Shown here one piece after another: positions 24,690 through 34,743 of a stretch of DNA of 64,000 nt. Position numbers and translations under genes: made by a program. Below the pieces are notes generated by a model that saw only the letters and a program-made list of their open reading frames with translations, did no database searches and was not told the DNA's origin. How positions within the stretch are numbered: the stretch's first letter is position 1; the number at the start of each line of letters is the position of its first letter. The stretch lies in IMG/VR virus record IMGVR_UViG_3300045988_126619, positions 64,001 through 128,000 of that record; one strand, given 5' to 3'. Source of the stretch: a virus.

Positions 24690-25991
24690 TTGGAAAAATT
24701 AAGAATGTTAATAAATGAAATCATAGTAGAATATAGAAAGGACATGAAATTTATTCAAGAAGTAAGAAGAAGTTTCGCACAAAAAGGACTAGACACAAAT
24801 ATTCCTGCTATGTTATTCAAAAATCAAATGGAGGTCGAAGACCTTGAAGTAAATGAATTAATATGTTTGACAGAATTTTTATATACAGAACTTAATCAAG
24901 AAAGATTTAGTTTAAAAAAATATTTTTCAGATATGGAAATCAGCAATTATAAAGTTTATCAACAACCCAATAAAGAAACACAAACAAATAATATTGTTCA
25001 TATCGAAGAGGTAAGAATGATTACTGATATCGAGTACGTTGTTCCAATGACTGCAAAACAATTAACAGAATTAAGACAAAATAGACAATATGCTTACTTT
25101 AAAGATATTCAAAGATGTACTAAAAAGGAAAAATTACCTAATGGGGACATCATAGAAAAAATTAATGTTAATAAACAAGGAATTGAAAGCTTAAAATCAA
25201 GATTTAAAGACAAAGAACGATATATTGTGCCAACCGAAATAAGTTTTACTATTTTAGACATTGAAAATAAAAATCCACAATATCAATTTATACCACAATA
25301 TAAAAATACTGGAGATTTAAATATAAAGATTAATTTTGATATAGATAGTGACGAATATACACCACTAATAATAAACGATGGCTACCATAGATTAACTGCA
25401 ATAACTGATGCTTATTTAGAAGATAACAGTATTGCAGATAAACAACTAGTAGTCGGTATTCATGTTTTAACAGAAGTTCAAGCAAAAGATTTGACTGCCG
25501 ATACTTTCAAACAAAATGCAACAGATAAACAATGGATTGATAGTTTGAAATTCACAAAAGAAAATCAAATAATAGATATGTTAATACAAAAATCAGTATT
25601 TTTAAGTGAAAACAATATTGTAAATAGTAAAAGAGATTTTGTGAGAGATACAAAAGCAATTACTTATAGAGTTTTATTAAAACAAGGTATAAAATTATTA
25701 AATTTAACATTTAATAATGATATAACTATGACAAGAAATGTAACTAAAATTGCTAAAAACTTAGATATATTACTCAATTATTTAAAAGATGAATATAGAG
25801 AACTATTTCATAGAGATTGTTTATTATTTGAAAAAGCATTTATTATGTTTCTTGCAATAGCGAGTGATTTAAATAATGACATTATATCTATTGGTCAATT
25901 AGGGGATAAAATTGTAAATTTAAATTTTGAAGAGTTAAAACAAAAATCAGAGCAAGAATTGTACGAAATAGTGCAAAACATTAATTTTTAA
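24690..25991 (+). CDS. DGQHR-motif (DndB/ParB-nuclease-like superfamily) protein
   Basis: PLIINDGYHRLTAI matches the DGQHR-type motif. TTG start 11 nt after GGAG; ATG 24705 is an alternative. Confidence 0.5.
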   Translation: MEKLRMLINEIIVEYRKDMKFIQEVRRSFAQKGLDTNIPAMLFKNQMEVEDLEVNELICLTEFLYTELNQERFSLKKYFSDMEISNYKVYQQPNKETQTNNIVHIEEVRMITDIEYVVPMTAKQLTELRQNRQYAYFKDIQRCTKKEKLPNGDIIEKINVNKQGIESLKSRFKDKERYIVPTEISFTILDIENKNPQYQFIPQYKNTGDLNIKINFDIDSDEYTPLIINDGYHRLTAITDAYLEDNSIADKQLVVGIHVLTEVQAKDLTADTFKQNATDKQWIDSLKFTKENQIIDMLIQKSVFLSENNIVNSKRDFVRDTKAITYRVLLKQGIKLLNLTFNNDITMTRNVTKIAKNLDILLNYLKDEYRELFHRDCLLFEKAFIMFLAIASDLNNDIISIGQLGDKIVNLNFEELKQKSEQELYEIVQNINF

Positions 25992-26005
25992 TAAAAAGGA
26001 AGTGT

Positions 26006-26983
26006 ATGAAAATGGAAAAATTTAAACAATATATAGAAGAAACAACAAACGAAGGGCAATTAAATAAGTATCAAAAAAATAAATTACAATGGCTTTATGA
26101 TAGTAAATATTCATATAATTCAAAATTGAATTTTTGGAAATTATTTAAAAGAAATGTTGATTTTGTAGAGTTGGAAAAGAATAAAGATGTTTATGATTTT
26201 GATAGACAAGAAATAATTGATTTAATTAAAAACACACCTACGACAAAAGTTTCAACAAAGTTAACAATATTTAGTATGATAAGTAGGTATATTGATTGGG
26301 CGGTTCAAAGAGGATTTAATTACATGGGTAATCCTTGCGATACTATCAATGTACACAAGATTTTAGATATTGATACAGAGGTAACAAAGGAACAATATAA
26401 ATCTCTACATGACTTTTATGATTGGTTAGGACAATTAAAAAGAGCAACACCAGTTGATAAAATGATTTTATTAATGTTGAGATATGGTATAGATGTCAAA
26501 AATATTGGAGAAATAAAAATGCAAGATATGGATATAGAAAAGAATATTTTACATTGTAAAAATGGTGATATAGAAGTATCCTTACCTATTGATGAAGAAT
26601 TTATTCAGATGGCAATAAAATCTAATGAATGTATAGAATCAGATGATGTAAGTTATATTGTTTCAGACTATATTGCAAAAGTACAAACAAATATGCAAGT
26701 TCCGACTTTAGATAAAACAGTAATTTATAACAGGATTAATGTTATTTTTAAAAGAGCAGAAGAAAAAAGAATATCTATTCCTTTATTAAATTTAAGTAGA
26801 AGATATGACATCTTATATAACAAATATCTTCTTAACGGAGAAGTTACAATTGATGATGTAAAGGAAACATTAAAGATATTTAATGGTAAATTTACACCAA
26901 ATCAAGCGTTAACATTAAAAAGGAATTTTGAATTGGCGATGGGTGGAGAAATTAAAGTCAATACATTTAGAACAAGAAAATAA
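26006..26983 (+). CDS. integrase-fold protein without an obvious catalytic RHRY set; possible MrpR/YopR-like DNA-binding regulator
   Basis: N-terminal SAM-like region (..TIFSMISRYIDWAVQRGF..NPCD). I could not find an H-x-x-R..Y signature. 325 aa. Confidence 0.4.
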   Translation: MKMEKFKQYIEETTNEGQLNKYQKNKLQWLYDSKYSYNSKLNFWKLFKRNVDFVELEKNKDVYDFDRQEIIDLIKNTPTTKVSTKLTIFSMISRYIDWAVQRGFNYMGNPCDTINVHKILDIDTEVTKEQYKSLHDFYDWLGQLKRATPVDKMILLMLRYGIDVKNIGEIKMQDMDIEKNILHCKNGDIEVSLPIDEEFIQMAIKSNECIESDDVSYIVSDYIAKVQTNMQVPTLDKTVIYNRINVIFKRAEEKRISIPLLNLSRRYDILYNKYLLNGEVTIDDVKETLKIFNGKFTPNQALTLKRNFELAMGGEIKVNTFRTRK

Positions 26984-27023
26984 AAAAGGTGTAGGCGTAC
27001 GAATAACGAATTAAAGTTATTTT

Positions 27024-27050
27024 GGGGATACTCATTTAGTTCTCCCCTTT
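27024..27050 (+). terminator. weak terminator-like hairpin
   Basis: Stem GGGGA/TCCCC, 14-nt loop, TTT. Confidence 0.35.
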
Positions 27051-27074
27051 GTAGCTTTTTTAGAGGTTGAAGTT

Positions 27075-27281
27075 ATGGATAAGGATGTATTACGGGTGGT
27101 TGACTTGGTTTTGAAATCAGACAATAGCATTATATTAATATGGAATTACTTATTACCTAGACTAGAGGACGTTGAAATTTTAAAAATGCTTACAAAAAGA
27201 AGTGGGAAAGAAATAAGAATAGTTCCATTAGTGGAAATTGTGAGGAATATTAATAATAAAAATGTGACAATTATCCAATAA
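27075..27281 (+). CDS. hypothetical protein
   Basis: SD AGAGGTTGAAG upstream. Confidence 0.5.
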   Translation: MDKDVLRVVDLVLKSDNSIILIWNYLLPRLEDVEILKMLTKRSGKEIRIVPLVEIVRNINNKNVTIIQ

Positions 27282-27287
27282 AAAGTA

Positions 27288-27316
27288 TTTACACAAGATA
27301 ACTGATAGTGTATAAT
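27288..27316 (+). promoter_or_regulatory. sigma-A-type promoter
   Basis: -35 TTTACA 27288-27293, 17-nt spacer (caagataactgatagtg), -10 TATAAT 27311-27316. Confidence 0.65.
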
Positions 27317-27360
27317 ATAAGTATAATAAATTATTTGAACATAAAGTGAGGTAATAAATT

Positions 27361-27966
27361 ATGCAAAAGAAAACATTAAAAATCTTAGTAGCAACATTAG
27401 GGATTGTTGTAGTATTAGGAGGAGTAATTGGAACAGATATTTATTTTACTGGTAAGACAGTTGGCAATATGAAAGAAAATACACCAATTGAAAGTCTTAA
27501 CTTGAATCAAAAAACTATAGCAAATATATTGGGTTATGAATTAAAAACAGAACAACAGTTACAAGATGAATATTTAATTTTAACAGAAGAACAAAAAATA
27601 TTGTTAGAATTAAAAGATATCATTGATAATTCAGACGATAGTCTTAAATGGGAAGAAAATCTGGATAGATTAATGGAAATAGAAGAGAATACTATATTAA
27701 AAAATCGTAGAATTAAAAATGGATTAAGTTTGGCAATTCAAATATTTGAACAAAAAATCAAATTAGGTGATGCAGAATATAAGTTGCTAACTGGTGATTT
27801 TGATTTTTTAATGTATGATATGGCAAATAATATCTTATCTGATAAAGTACAGACAAACATAAAAGAGTTTATGAATATATTTACACAATTACATGGGGAT
27901 GAAATGAAAAAAGCTCAAGAAAATATAAAGACATTTCAAGAAAAGAAATCAGAACAATCTATATAA
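27361..27966 (+). CDS. N-terminally membrane-anchored protein
   Basis: TM segment LKILVATLGIVVVLGGVIGTDIYF. SD GTGAGGTAATA upstream. Confidence 0.6.
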   Translation: MQKKTLKILVATLGIVVVLGGVIGTDIYFTGKTVGNMKENTPIESLNLNQKTIANILGYELKTEQQLQDEYLILTEEQKILLELKDIIDNSDDSLKWEENLDRLMEIEENTILKNRRIKNGLSLAIQIFEQKIKLGDAEYKLLTGDFDFLMYDMANNILSDKVQTNIKEFMNIFTQLHGDEMKKAQENIKTFQEKKSEQSI

Positions 27967-27984
27967 TAAAGAGAGGTAATAAAC

Positions 27985-28335
27985 ATGAGTATAATATCAA
28001 AAATAGAAAGAGCAATAAAGACAGTTAATCAAGGACAATCAGTAATGTATATGGAAACTGAAATCTCACCACGAGATTTTGGCAAAAAAGAGCCACAAAA
28101 TAAACAACAACCACAATCTTTTGAAGATGTATTAAATAGCGTTAGACAACTGAATTTAAATACCAAAACTTATAAATCAGTAAGTAAATTGCCAAAAACA
28201 AAAGGTTCAAATGCTAATATTACTTACAACAATGCTAGAGAATTAAATAGAATATTAAGTCAATGTAAAGATAAGTATGAAACTTGTAATGTATTTGACC
28301 ACATGGGAGTAGTTTCACTAGTAAACAGAAAATAA
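27985..28335 (+). CDS. hypothetical protein
   Basis: SD AGAGAGGTAATA upstream. Confidence 0.55.
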   Translation: MSIISKIERAIKTVNQGQSVMYMETEISPRDFGKKEPQNKQQPQSFEDVLNSVRQLNLNTKTYKSVSKLPKTKGSNANITYNNARELNRILSQCKDKYETCNVFDHMGVVSLVNRK

Positions 28336-28360
28336 ATAAAATAAATTATAGGTGATTAAA

Positions 28361-29707
28361 ATGAAACTCAGAGATTATCAGCAAGAATGTGTAGATAAAA
28401 TGATTAATATGGATAAAAACATAAAAGGTATTGCGTGTATCCCAACAGGTGGAGGAAAGACAATTTTAATGTCAGAAATCGCAAGAAACACAAATGGTAG
28501 AATATTAATAGTAGTGATGAATACAGAGTTAAGAGAACAAACAATTGATAAATTAAAAATGGTTTGTGGAAGTTCTGTAGATGTTGGGAGTGTTCAAGGT
28601 AGCTTAAAAGAGTATGATAATAAAATAATAGTAGCAACTAGACAAACATTAACTAGTAAGAGTTTTAATGCTTTTAGATTATTAGATAAAGGTAATTTTG
28701 ATTTAATAATGTTTGATGAATGTCACGTGGCTATAGAGCAACAACAATTAATATGCTTAATGTTAGCAACAGAAAACACAAAAGTAATAGGATTTACTGC
28801 AACGCCTTATAATTTAGACATGAAATATCTCTATGATGAAATCATTTATAAAAGAGAATTAATAGATATGATTAATGAAGGTTATTTAGTTAAACCAGTT
28901 TGTATGCAAGTAAAATCAGATACAAATTTAGATGATATAAAAATCAGATTTGGGGACTTTAATAAAAGGCAATTAGGGGAAAAAGTCAATAATGAAGTAA
29001 GAAATAAATTGATTCTACAATCATATGTTGATATGTGTCAAGATAGAAATAAAACACTTATATTTACAACAAATGTAAAGCATAGTCAAGCAATTGCAGA
29101 ATGTTTTGTGCAAAATGGAATATCAGCAAAATCAATTGATGGAAGTTGTTCAAAAACTGAACGAAAGCAAATATTTAATGATTTTGAAACTGGAAAAATA
29201 AAAGTATTAGTAAATGTGGATATATGTACAATAGGGTTAGATATCCCAAGTATAGACTGTGTCATATTTGCTAGACCAACAAAAAGTAAAGGTTTGTATA
29301 TACAAATGCTAGGGCGTGGGTTAAGACTATCGCCACAAACAGGAAAAACTGATTGTTTAGTAATTGATATAGTTGATGTAACAACAAAACACAATTTAAT
29401 TAATGGAAAAACTGTATTTGATGTAGATGTTGAAGAAAAACAAAATAAAAAGAAGAAAGTGACAAAAAAAGAAATACTTGAAGCAATAGAAGAAGAATAC
29501 GAGGAACAAAAACAACAAGAATATATAGAGGATATACAACTAGACATTAATATCTCACCAAGCTATGAAGATACTAATATTTTAGTTGAAATGTCAGAAA
29601 AATTAAATCCTTTTGTAAAATCAGCTAAAAAGAAAGTTGAATCCTTAAAGAAAAATTATACCAAAATGAAACAATTAACTAAAAAGATATTTAATATATT
29701 TAAATAA
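28361..29707 (+). CDS. superfamily-2 DEAD/DEAH helicase (type III restriction Res-like core)
   Basis: LRDYQQECV, PTGGGKT, FDECH, GFTATP, QMLGRGLR. ATG 28361 follows SD AGGTGA. Confidence 0.75.
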   Translation: MKLRDYQQECVDKMINMDKNIKGIACIPTGGGKTILMSEIARNTNGRILIVVMNTELREQTIDKLKMVCGSSVDVGSVQGSLKEYDNKIIVATRQTLTSKSFNAFRLLDKGNFDLIMFDECHVAIEQQQLICLMLATENTKVIGFTATPYNLDMKYLYDEIIYKRELIDMINEGYLVKPVCMQVKSDTNLDDIKIRFGDFNKRQLGEKVNNEVRNKLILQSYVDMCQDRNKTLIFTTNVKHSQAIAECFVQNGISAKSIDGSCSKTERKQIFNDFETGKIKVLVNVDICTIGLDIPSIDCVIFARPTKSKGLYIQMLGRGLRLSPQTGKTDCLVIDIVDVTTKHNLINGKTVFDVDVEEKQNKKKKVTKKEILEAIEEEYEEQKQQEYIEDIQLDINISPSYEDTNILVEMSEKLNPFVKSAKKKVESLKKNYTKMKQLTKKIFNIFK

Positions 29708-29721
29708 GAGAGGTGTTTAAT

Positions 29722-30000
29722 ATGAGAAAAACTATTATAGGGATGTTATTAATATATACACTTGGATTAATGGGTTGTGGAACTCCTAATAACGTTATAA
29801 AAGGAACTATAATTGATGTTGAATGTAGTATGAATAAAAATTATCTTATCATAGAAACAAATAGTGGTAATTCGATTAAGTTAAGAGCCAGTTTGGAAAA
29901 AACTATTATGTATCAAAAGGGGACAAAAATTCAATTCACTTATGATAGATATGATGGATATATAAAATACTTATATTTAGATGAAGGGCAGAACAGTTAA
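29722..30000 (+). CDS. putative lipoprotein
   Basis: MRKTIIGMLLIYTLGLMGC lipobox. SD AGAGGTG 7 nt upstream. Confidence 0.6.
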   Translation: MRKTIIGMLLIYTLGLMGCGTPNNVIKGTIIDVECSMNKNYLIIETNSGNSIKLRASLEKTIMYQKGTKIQFTYDRYDGYIKYLYLDEGQNS

Positions 30001-30139
30001 ATAAAACTTGTAAAAGAATTAATAGAAGAAGGTGATAAAAATGATATGGGGCAAGTTATTCCTCCAAAAACCAATATGTTAACTTATTATTAAAAACGAT
30101 TTACACAAAAAATAAATAACAAAAAGAGAGGGATTAAAT

Positions 30140-30592
30140 ATGAAAAATACTTATTGGAATAAACATGGAAAATATCAAAAAGAATATAATAAATTATATG
30201 AAAAATTCGTGCCAACTATGGGATATACAGATAATAAATATATAAATTTATTAATAGCTACTGGAAAAAGATATTCTGATTTATATAATAATGGATTGGG
30301 AAATGAAGATACTCTATATGACTATTGCATAAAAAAAATAGAATCAGTATTAACAGAATTAAAATGTAGTGATGAAATCAAATGTTGCTTCACGAAAAAC
30401 AGATTCAGTATAGAGATATATGAAGAACCAGTTTATATATGGGATGAAGACAATAATCGTGAAACCGATGAAATAGATTATTATGAAGATAAAGAAGAAG
30501 AAATTATTGAAAGTTTAACACAACAAGAATATAAACATTTTGAATTATTTGTTGATTCAGTTATAGAATTATGTATTGAAAAATTACAATAA
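30140..30592 (+). CDS. hypothetical protein
   Basis: SD AGAGAGGGA upstream. Confidence 0.55.
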   Translation: MKNTYWNKHGKYQKEYNKLYEKFVPTMGYTDNKYINLLIATGKRYSDLYNNGLGNEDTLYDYCIKKIESVLTELKCSDEIKCCFTKNRFSIEIYEEPVYIWDEDNNRETDEIDYYEDKEEEIIESLTQQEYKHFELFVDSVIELCIEKLQ

Positions 30593-30693
30593 TAAAACAT
30601 TACAAAAAAGCTTTGAATCAAGAACCGAGGACATTGATTAAAATTGATGTTCTTTTTTTAATTTAAAAATAATATGAAATTTAGTATAAAATA

Positions 30694-30722
30694 TTGACCG
30701 AAATTTATACCTATGATATAAT
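30694..30722 (+). promoter_or_regulatory. sigma-A-type promoter
   Basis: -35 TTGACC 30694-30699, 17-nt spacer, -10 TATAAT 30717-30722. Confidence 0.65.
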
Positions 30723-30751
30723 GTATATATAGTAAATAAGAGGTGATAATT

Positions 30752-31435
30752 ATGGAAAATAAATTGATAGAAAGAATACAAAAATTATTAGCACTTACAG
30801 AAAGTAGTAATGAAAATGAATCAAAATTAGCAATGTTAAAAGTTCAAGAATTATTGGTAAAAAATAAATTGTCATTAAAAGATGTTGAAAGCTATAAGAA
30901 AGTAAATATTAGTATTAAAGAACATATAAGTGATATTTCTTTTAGACAAGGAAAATGGAAAGCACAACTAGGACAATTAATTGCTGAAAATTTTGGATGT
31001 TATCAATATTTCAGAGGTGTTAGAAGTAAATATATAGTTTTTTTTGGGAAAGAAGAAGATGTTATTGTTTGTAATATAGTTTTAGAATATGCTATTGATT
31101 GTATTCAAAGTGCAGTTAAAAAATTGAGATATCAATATTCAAGAAGAGGACTTAGTACAAAAGGGTTAGAAAATGATTATGCGTTAGGATTTATAGTTGG
31201 GTTAAAAAAATCTTTTGACAAACAAAAGGAACAAAATAAAGGTTGGGGTCTTGTATTAGCAAAGGATGTTCAAGTTGTAGAAGCTTATGAAAATATCGAA
31301 TTTTCTAGTGGAATCAATACAAGTGCTAAATTTACTGGACATGAAGAAGCCTTACGAAAAGGAAAACAAGATGGAGAAGAATTTAGCATAAGTGATAAAA
31401 TAGCAAGAAAAGAAGAAGAAACGCCATTAATATAA
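30752..31435 (+). CDS. DUF2786-like protein
   Basis: N-terminal IERIQKLLALTESSNENESKLAMLKVQELL matches the family as I remember it (unverified). Confidence 0.45.
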   Translation: MENKLIERIQKLLALTESSNENESKLAMLKVQELLVKNKLSLKDVESYKKVNISIKEHISDISFRQGKWKAQLGQLIAENFGCYQYFRGVRSKYIVFFGKEEDVIVCNIVLEYAIDCIQSAVKKLRYQYSRRGLSTKGLENDYALGFIVGLKKSFDKQKEQNKGWGLVLAKDVQVVEAYENIEFSSGINTSAKFTGHEEALRKGKQDGEEFSISDKIARKEEETPLI

Positions 31436-31463
31436 TAAACGTAGTTTAAGGAGTTGATAGATA

Positions 31464-31850
31464 ATGAAAAATTTAAAAGATTTAATGATTAGCATTTCAG
31501 AGTTTAAAGTTCAAATGTCTGAAATTATCAAGAACAAAGTAACAAAAGTTATAGTTAAAAATAACGAGCCAGTTGCTGTTATTATGCCGTATGCTGAATA
31601 CATAGAAAGGGCAAAAGATTCGGAGAGAATAGAACAAATAGGGCAAGATATAACTTTACAAAATGGGGTTCAAATGATGGTGACTGTTTCAAAAGAAAAA
31701 GATGACTCACTATGTATCAAAACATATGTAAAGATGAAGACAACAGGGGATTACAAACTTCATTTTACACACCATATAGGGATGCCAACAATTGAATCGA
31801 CTATGACTACAAAAGAAATAATAGAGTTTTATGAAAGGAATGATAATTAG
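31464..31850 (+). CDS. Phd/YefM-like antitoxin domain protein with a C-terminal extension
   Basis: ISISEFKVQMSEIIKNKVTKVIVKNNEPVAVIMPYAEYIE fits the Phd/YefM N-terminal pattern. SD AAGGAG upstream. Confidence 0.5.
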   Translation: MKNLKDLMISISEFKVQMSEIIKNKVTKVIVKNNEPVAVIMPYAEYIERAKDSERIEQIGQDITLQNGVQMMVTVSKEKDDSLCIKTYVKMKTTGDYKLHFTHHIGMPTIESTMTTKEIIEFYERNDN

Positions 31851-31851
31851 T

Positions 31852-32523
31852 ATGTTGACAAATGAACAAATATTTTTACTAAAAAAACATAATATAAATC
31901 CTTCTAATGTTTTAAAAAACGATAATTTTTTATATAAATACACATATGTTGATATGGGTGGGTTATTGATATTAGATTTAATTGATATTGACGAACAATA
32001 TTTTGAAATGATGAAGATAGAAAAAAATATAAAACAAAGAAAATTATATATAGAAAAAGCTTTAAAAATGGAAGATTTTTCTAAAATATTATTTTTAATG
32101 GATAAACCATATCGATTAGAAGTTTATAAACAGATATTTGAAGAGATTCCGAACGAGGATAAATATAAAATCTTTATTGATTTATATGTAAATGCAGAAT
32201 ATGGCTTTAGCAATATTTCTGAGAGTTTTTTAAATGAAATTTTAAAATATAAACCAAAAATAGATTTAAGTGATTTAGATGATGAAATAATAATTTATAG
32301 AGGAGAAGGACTTAAATCTAATAAAAAAGAAAAGGCTTTGTCTTGGACTACAGATATAAAAGTTGCTAGATTTTTTGCTAATAGATTTAATAACAATGGC
32401 AGAGTTTATAAGGGAAAAGTTAAAAAAGAAAATATAATCGATTTTTTAAGAGATAGGAGTGAAAGTGAGATTTTAGTACAATATAAATATATATATGATG
32501 TGAGAAGAATAGATAATAAATAA
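31852..32523 (+). CDS. putative R-S-E class ADP-ribosyltransferase
   Basis: IIYRGEG (Arg), LSWTTDIKVARFFA (S-x-T then A..F), SESEILV (E-x-E), arranged as in C3-like toxins. ATG 31852 is 1 nt after the previous stop. Confidence 0.45.
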   Translation: MLTNEQIFLLKKHNINPSNVLKNDNFLYKYTYVDMGGLLILDLIDIDEQYFEMMKIEKNIKQRKLYIEKALKMEDFSKILFLMDKPYRLEVYKQIFEEIPNEDKYKIFIDLYVNAEYGFSNISESFLNEILKYKPKIDLSDLDDEIIIYRGEGLKSNKKEKALSWTTDIKVARFFANRFNNNGRVYKGKVKKENIIDFLRDRSESEILVQYKYIYDVRRIDNK

Positions 32524-32635
32524 GTTAGACATCAGAGAGAATGATTATGTTTACAAAAATTGAAAAATAATTTAAAGGAAAACTCAAATCAAATATAGAA
32601 TGATTAATTATGAATAAAAGAAAGAGGGTATTGAG

Positions 32636-33133
32636 GTGTTTAATCAAACAATAATTAATGTGTTAGAATCTTTAATAAAAGAAGGGTATTATTTAAATTT
32701 AGATGCAACCGATAGATGTATTACAGTAAATGCTACCAACAACTGGAACAAAAAGACATATAAATTAGTTTTTAATATGAGTGTTACAGTAGAGGGGGGC
32801 AATATTTTAAATGAAAACATAGCAGTTGTTAGTAAATTTGTACCTATTACAGACAAAGAAAAGATAGCAGAAAATTGGTGGATAACACATTGTGCTTCAT
32901 TGAAAGAAAATAGAGATTTATATAATTTTGAATATGATTATGAATGGGATTTAGATAATTGTAGTTTAATTCTAAAATATTTAGTTCATGAATGGAGAGA
33001 TATGGATGATGAAAAATTTTTTGATGACGAAGATGATATAATTTATAGAGATAGTGAAACAATCAATGTTAAAGAAATATTGTATATATTAAAAAATAAT
33101 TTTGGTATAAAACAATTACAATTTATTAAATAA
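32636..33133 (+). CDS. hypothetical protein
   Basis: GTG start 8 nt after SD AGAGGG. Confidence 0.5.
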   Translation: MFNQTIINVLESLIKEGYYLNLDATDRCITVNATNNWNKKTYKLVFNMSVTVEGGNILNENIAVVSKFVPITDKEKIAENWWITHCASLKENRDLYNFEYDYEWDLDNCSLILKYLVHEWRDMDDEKFFDDEDDIIYRDSETINVKEILYILKNNFGIKQLQFIK

Positions 33134-33168
33134 ACAAAGATTCAATAAATGATATATGGAGGTTTATT

Positions 33169-33981
33169 ATGAAACAATATTTTAAAACATTAGAAGAATT
33201 AAAAAGCTTTACAAGTATAGATTTGTCTTCTAAATCATCACAAGACATTGTGGAGTATGTAAGCAACTATAAAGAAAATAATGAAGATTTAGGGATAGAA
33301 TTTCCAATAAAGGAAGGATTCTTGATTAGAAAAGTATCTAATGATGATGATGATATAAAAGATGACATTTTTCAAAATCTTTTGGAATATTATTATTTTA
33401 AAATAGAAAAGAATGATGACAGTATTGTTTTTCATATTGAAACTTATTATGATGTTACAATGATGGGGAAAAAAGTTTTTGTTGGAGAAAGTGCTACTAA
33501 ATTTATAATAGGAGAAAATACAGATATATCAAATAATTCCATTATACCTTTAGATTATATTGATAGAAGTGAAGGAAAATTTAATGCAGTATTACAGGCT
33601 TTTAGAAACAATAAAATAGACAAAAAAACGAGAATAAATAACATAGGATATGTCATAACTGGTTTATTGTATATAAATTGTATAAGAAAAAATAGAGATA
33701 CTATATATAAAAAAACAAAAGGTATGCGTTTTAAATCGTCTAATAATAAATCAAAGACTTCACAAACAGAAAAAGTAGAAATATTAAATAATGACAAAGT
33801 TATGTATGTAATCAATGGAGAGAAGAAGAAAATCGACAGTTTTAGAACTTATGAGAGAAAAACTGATAGTTGGAATGTTATGGGTCATTTTAGACATTAT
33901 AAAAGTGGTTTAATAAAATGGATTGAAGGCTATAAAAAAGGGATAGGAAAAAGTAAAGCCAAACATTATAAAGTTAAATAA
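33169..33981 (+). CDS. hypothetical protein with a basic C-terminus
   Basis: SD TGGAGG upstream. Confidence 0.6.
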   Translation: MKQYFKTLEELKSFTSIDLSSKSSQDIVEYVSNYKENNEDLGIEFPIKEGFLIRKVSNDDDDIKDDIFQNLLEYYYFKIEKNDDSIVFHIETYYDVTMMGKKVFVGESATKFIIGENTDISNNSIIPLDYIDRSEGKFNAVLQAFRNNKIDKKTRINNIGYVITGLLYINCIRKNRDTIYKKTKGMRFKSSNNKSKTSQTEKVEILNNDKVMYVINGEKKKIDSFRTYERKTDSWNVMGHFRHYKSGLIKWIEGYKKGIGKSKAKHYKVK

Positions 33982-34118
33982 CAGAATAAATAAAAATGTA
34001 AGTTTAAAAGGAAAAATGCAGAAATTATAAATATATAAAAAATTACTTCGGTTGAATTTAGTCAAGATTAATATTAGTATAAATTTAACCTTTTAAATGA
34101 ATAGGAGTGTGTAAAAAT

Positions 34119-34301
34119 ATGGCAAAAAAGAAAAGATATACATTAAAAGAGGTTTATAAACTAATGGAAGAAAAATTAGGAGAAACAATTTATATATGTG
34201 AAACAAACAATTATTCTGAACCAATGATGAGATATAGAGTTGATGGAATGTATCATCAAACTTTAGTTGAAATTGTTGATAGATTTCATTTAGACGATTA
34301 A
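34119..34301 (+). CDS. hypothetical protein
   Basis: SD TAGGAGTG before ATG 34119. Confidence 0.5.
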   Translation: MAKKKRYTLKEVYKLMEEKLGETIYICETNNYSEPMMRYRVDGMYHQTLVEIVDRFHLDD

Positions 34302-34416
34302 AATAATATATATATATATATTAATAACCTCCAAAATTTTAATAGGTATGTGCATCTTATAACCAAATAAAAACAATATTTAATAAGTAAATAAGTTGCA
34401 GAAAGGGTAAAGTTAA

Positions 34417-34551
34417 ATGGATAGAATAGAAATTCAAAATAAAATTAGTGAATTAATTGATGAAGCAGTAAATTCGCTAAATAATGACGAAATGAAATTA
34501 TTCGTAAACAGAATGGAAGAAATGATTAAGGATATTGATTATTACGATTAG
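34417..34551 (+). CDS. 44-aa acidic peptide (below the track cutoff)
   Basis: SD AAAGGG upstream. MDRIEIQNKISELIDEAVNSLNNDEMKLFVNRMEEMIKDIDYYD. Confidence 0.35.
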   Translation: MDRIEIQNKISELIDEAVNSLNNDEMKLFVNRMEEMIKDIDYYD

Positions 34552-34743
34552 TTCGTAACACTTTAAGATTGTGGAACAAGACTTAGAAAATTGGGATAAC
34601 AAACCTATTCAATGGAATTATAGATATAAAATAACGATTTTAAAGGAGAAATAAAAGTATGAAAGATTGTAAATTTAATAGTTTATTTGAAAATGGAATA
34701 GAAAAAGAATTTATAACAGTATAAACACGGGGGATTTTAGATT

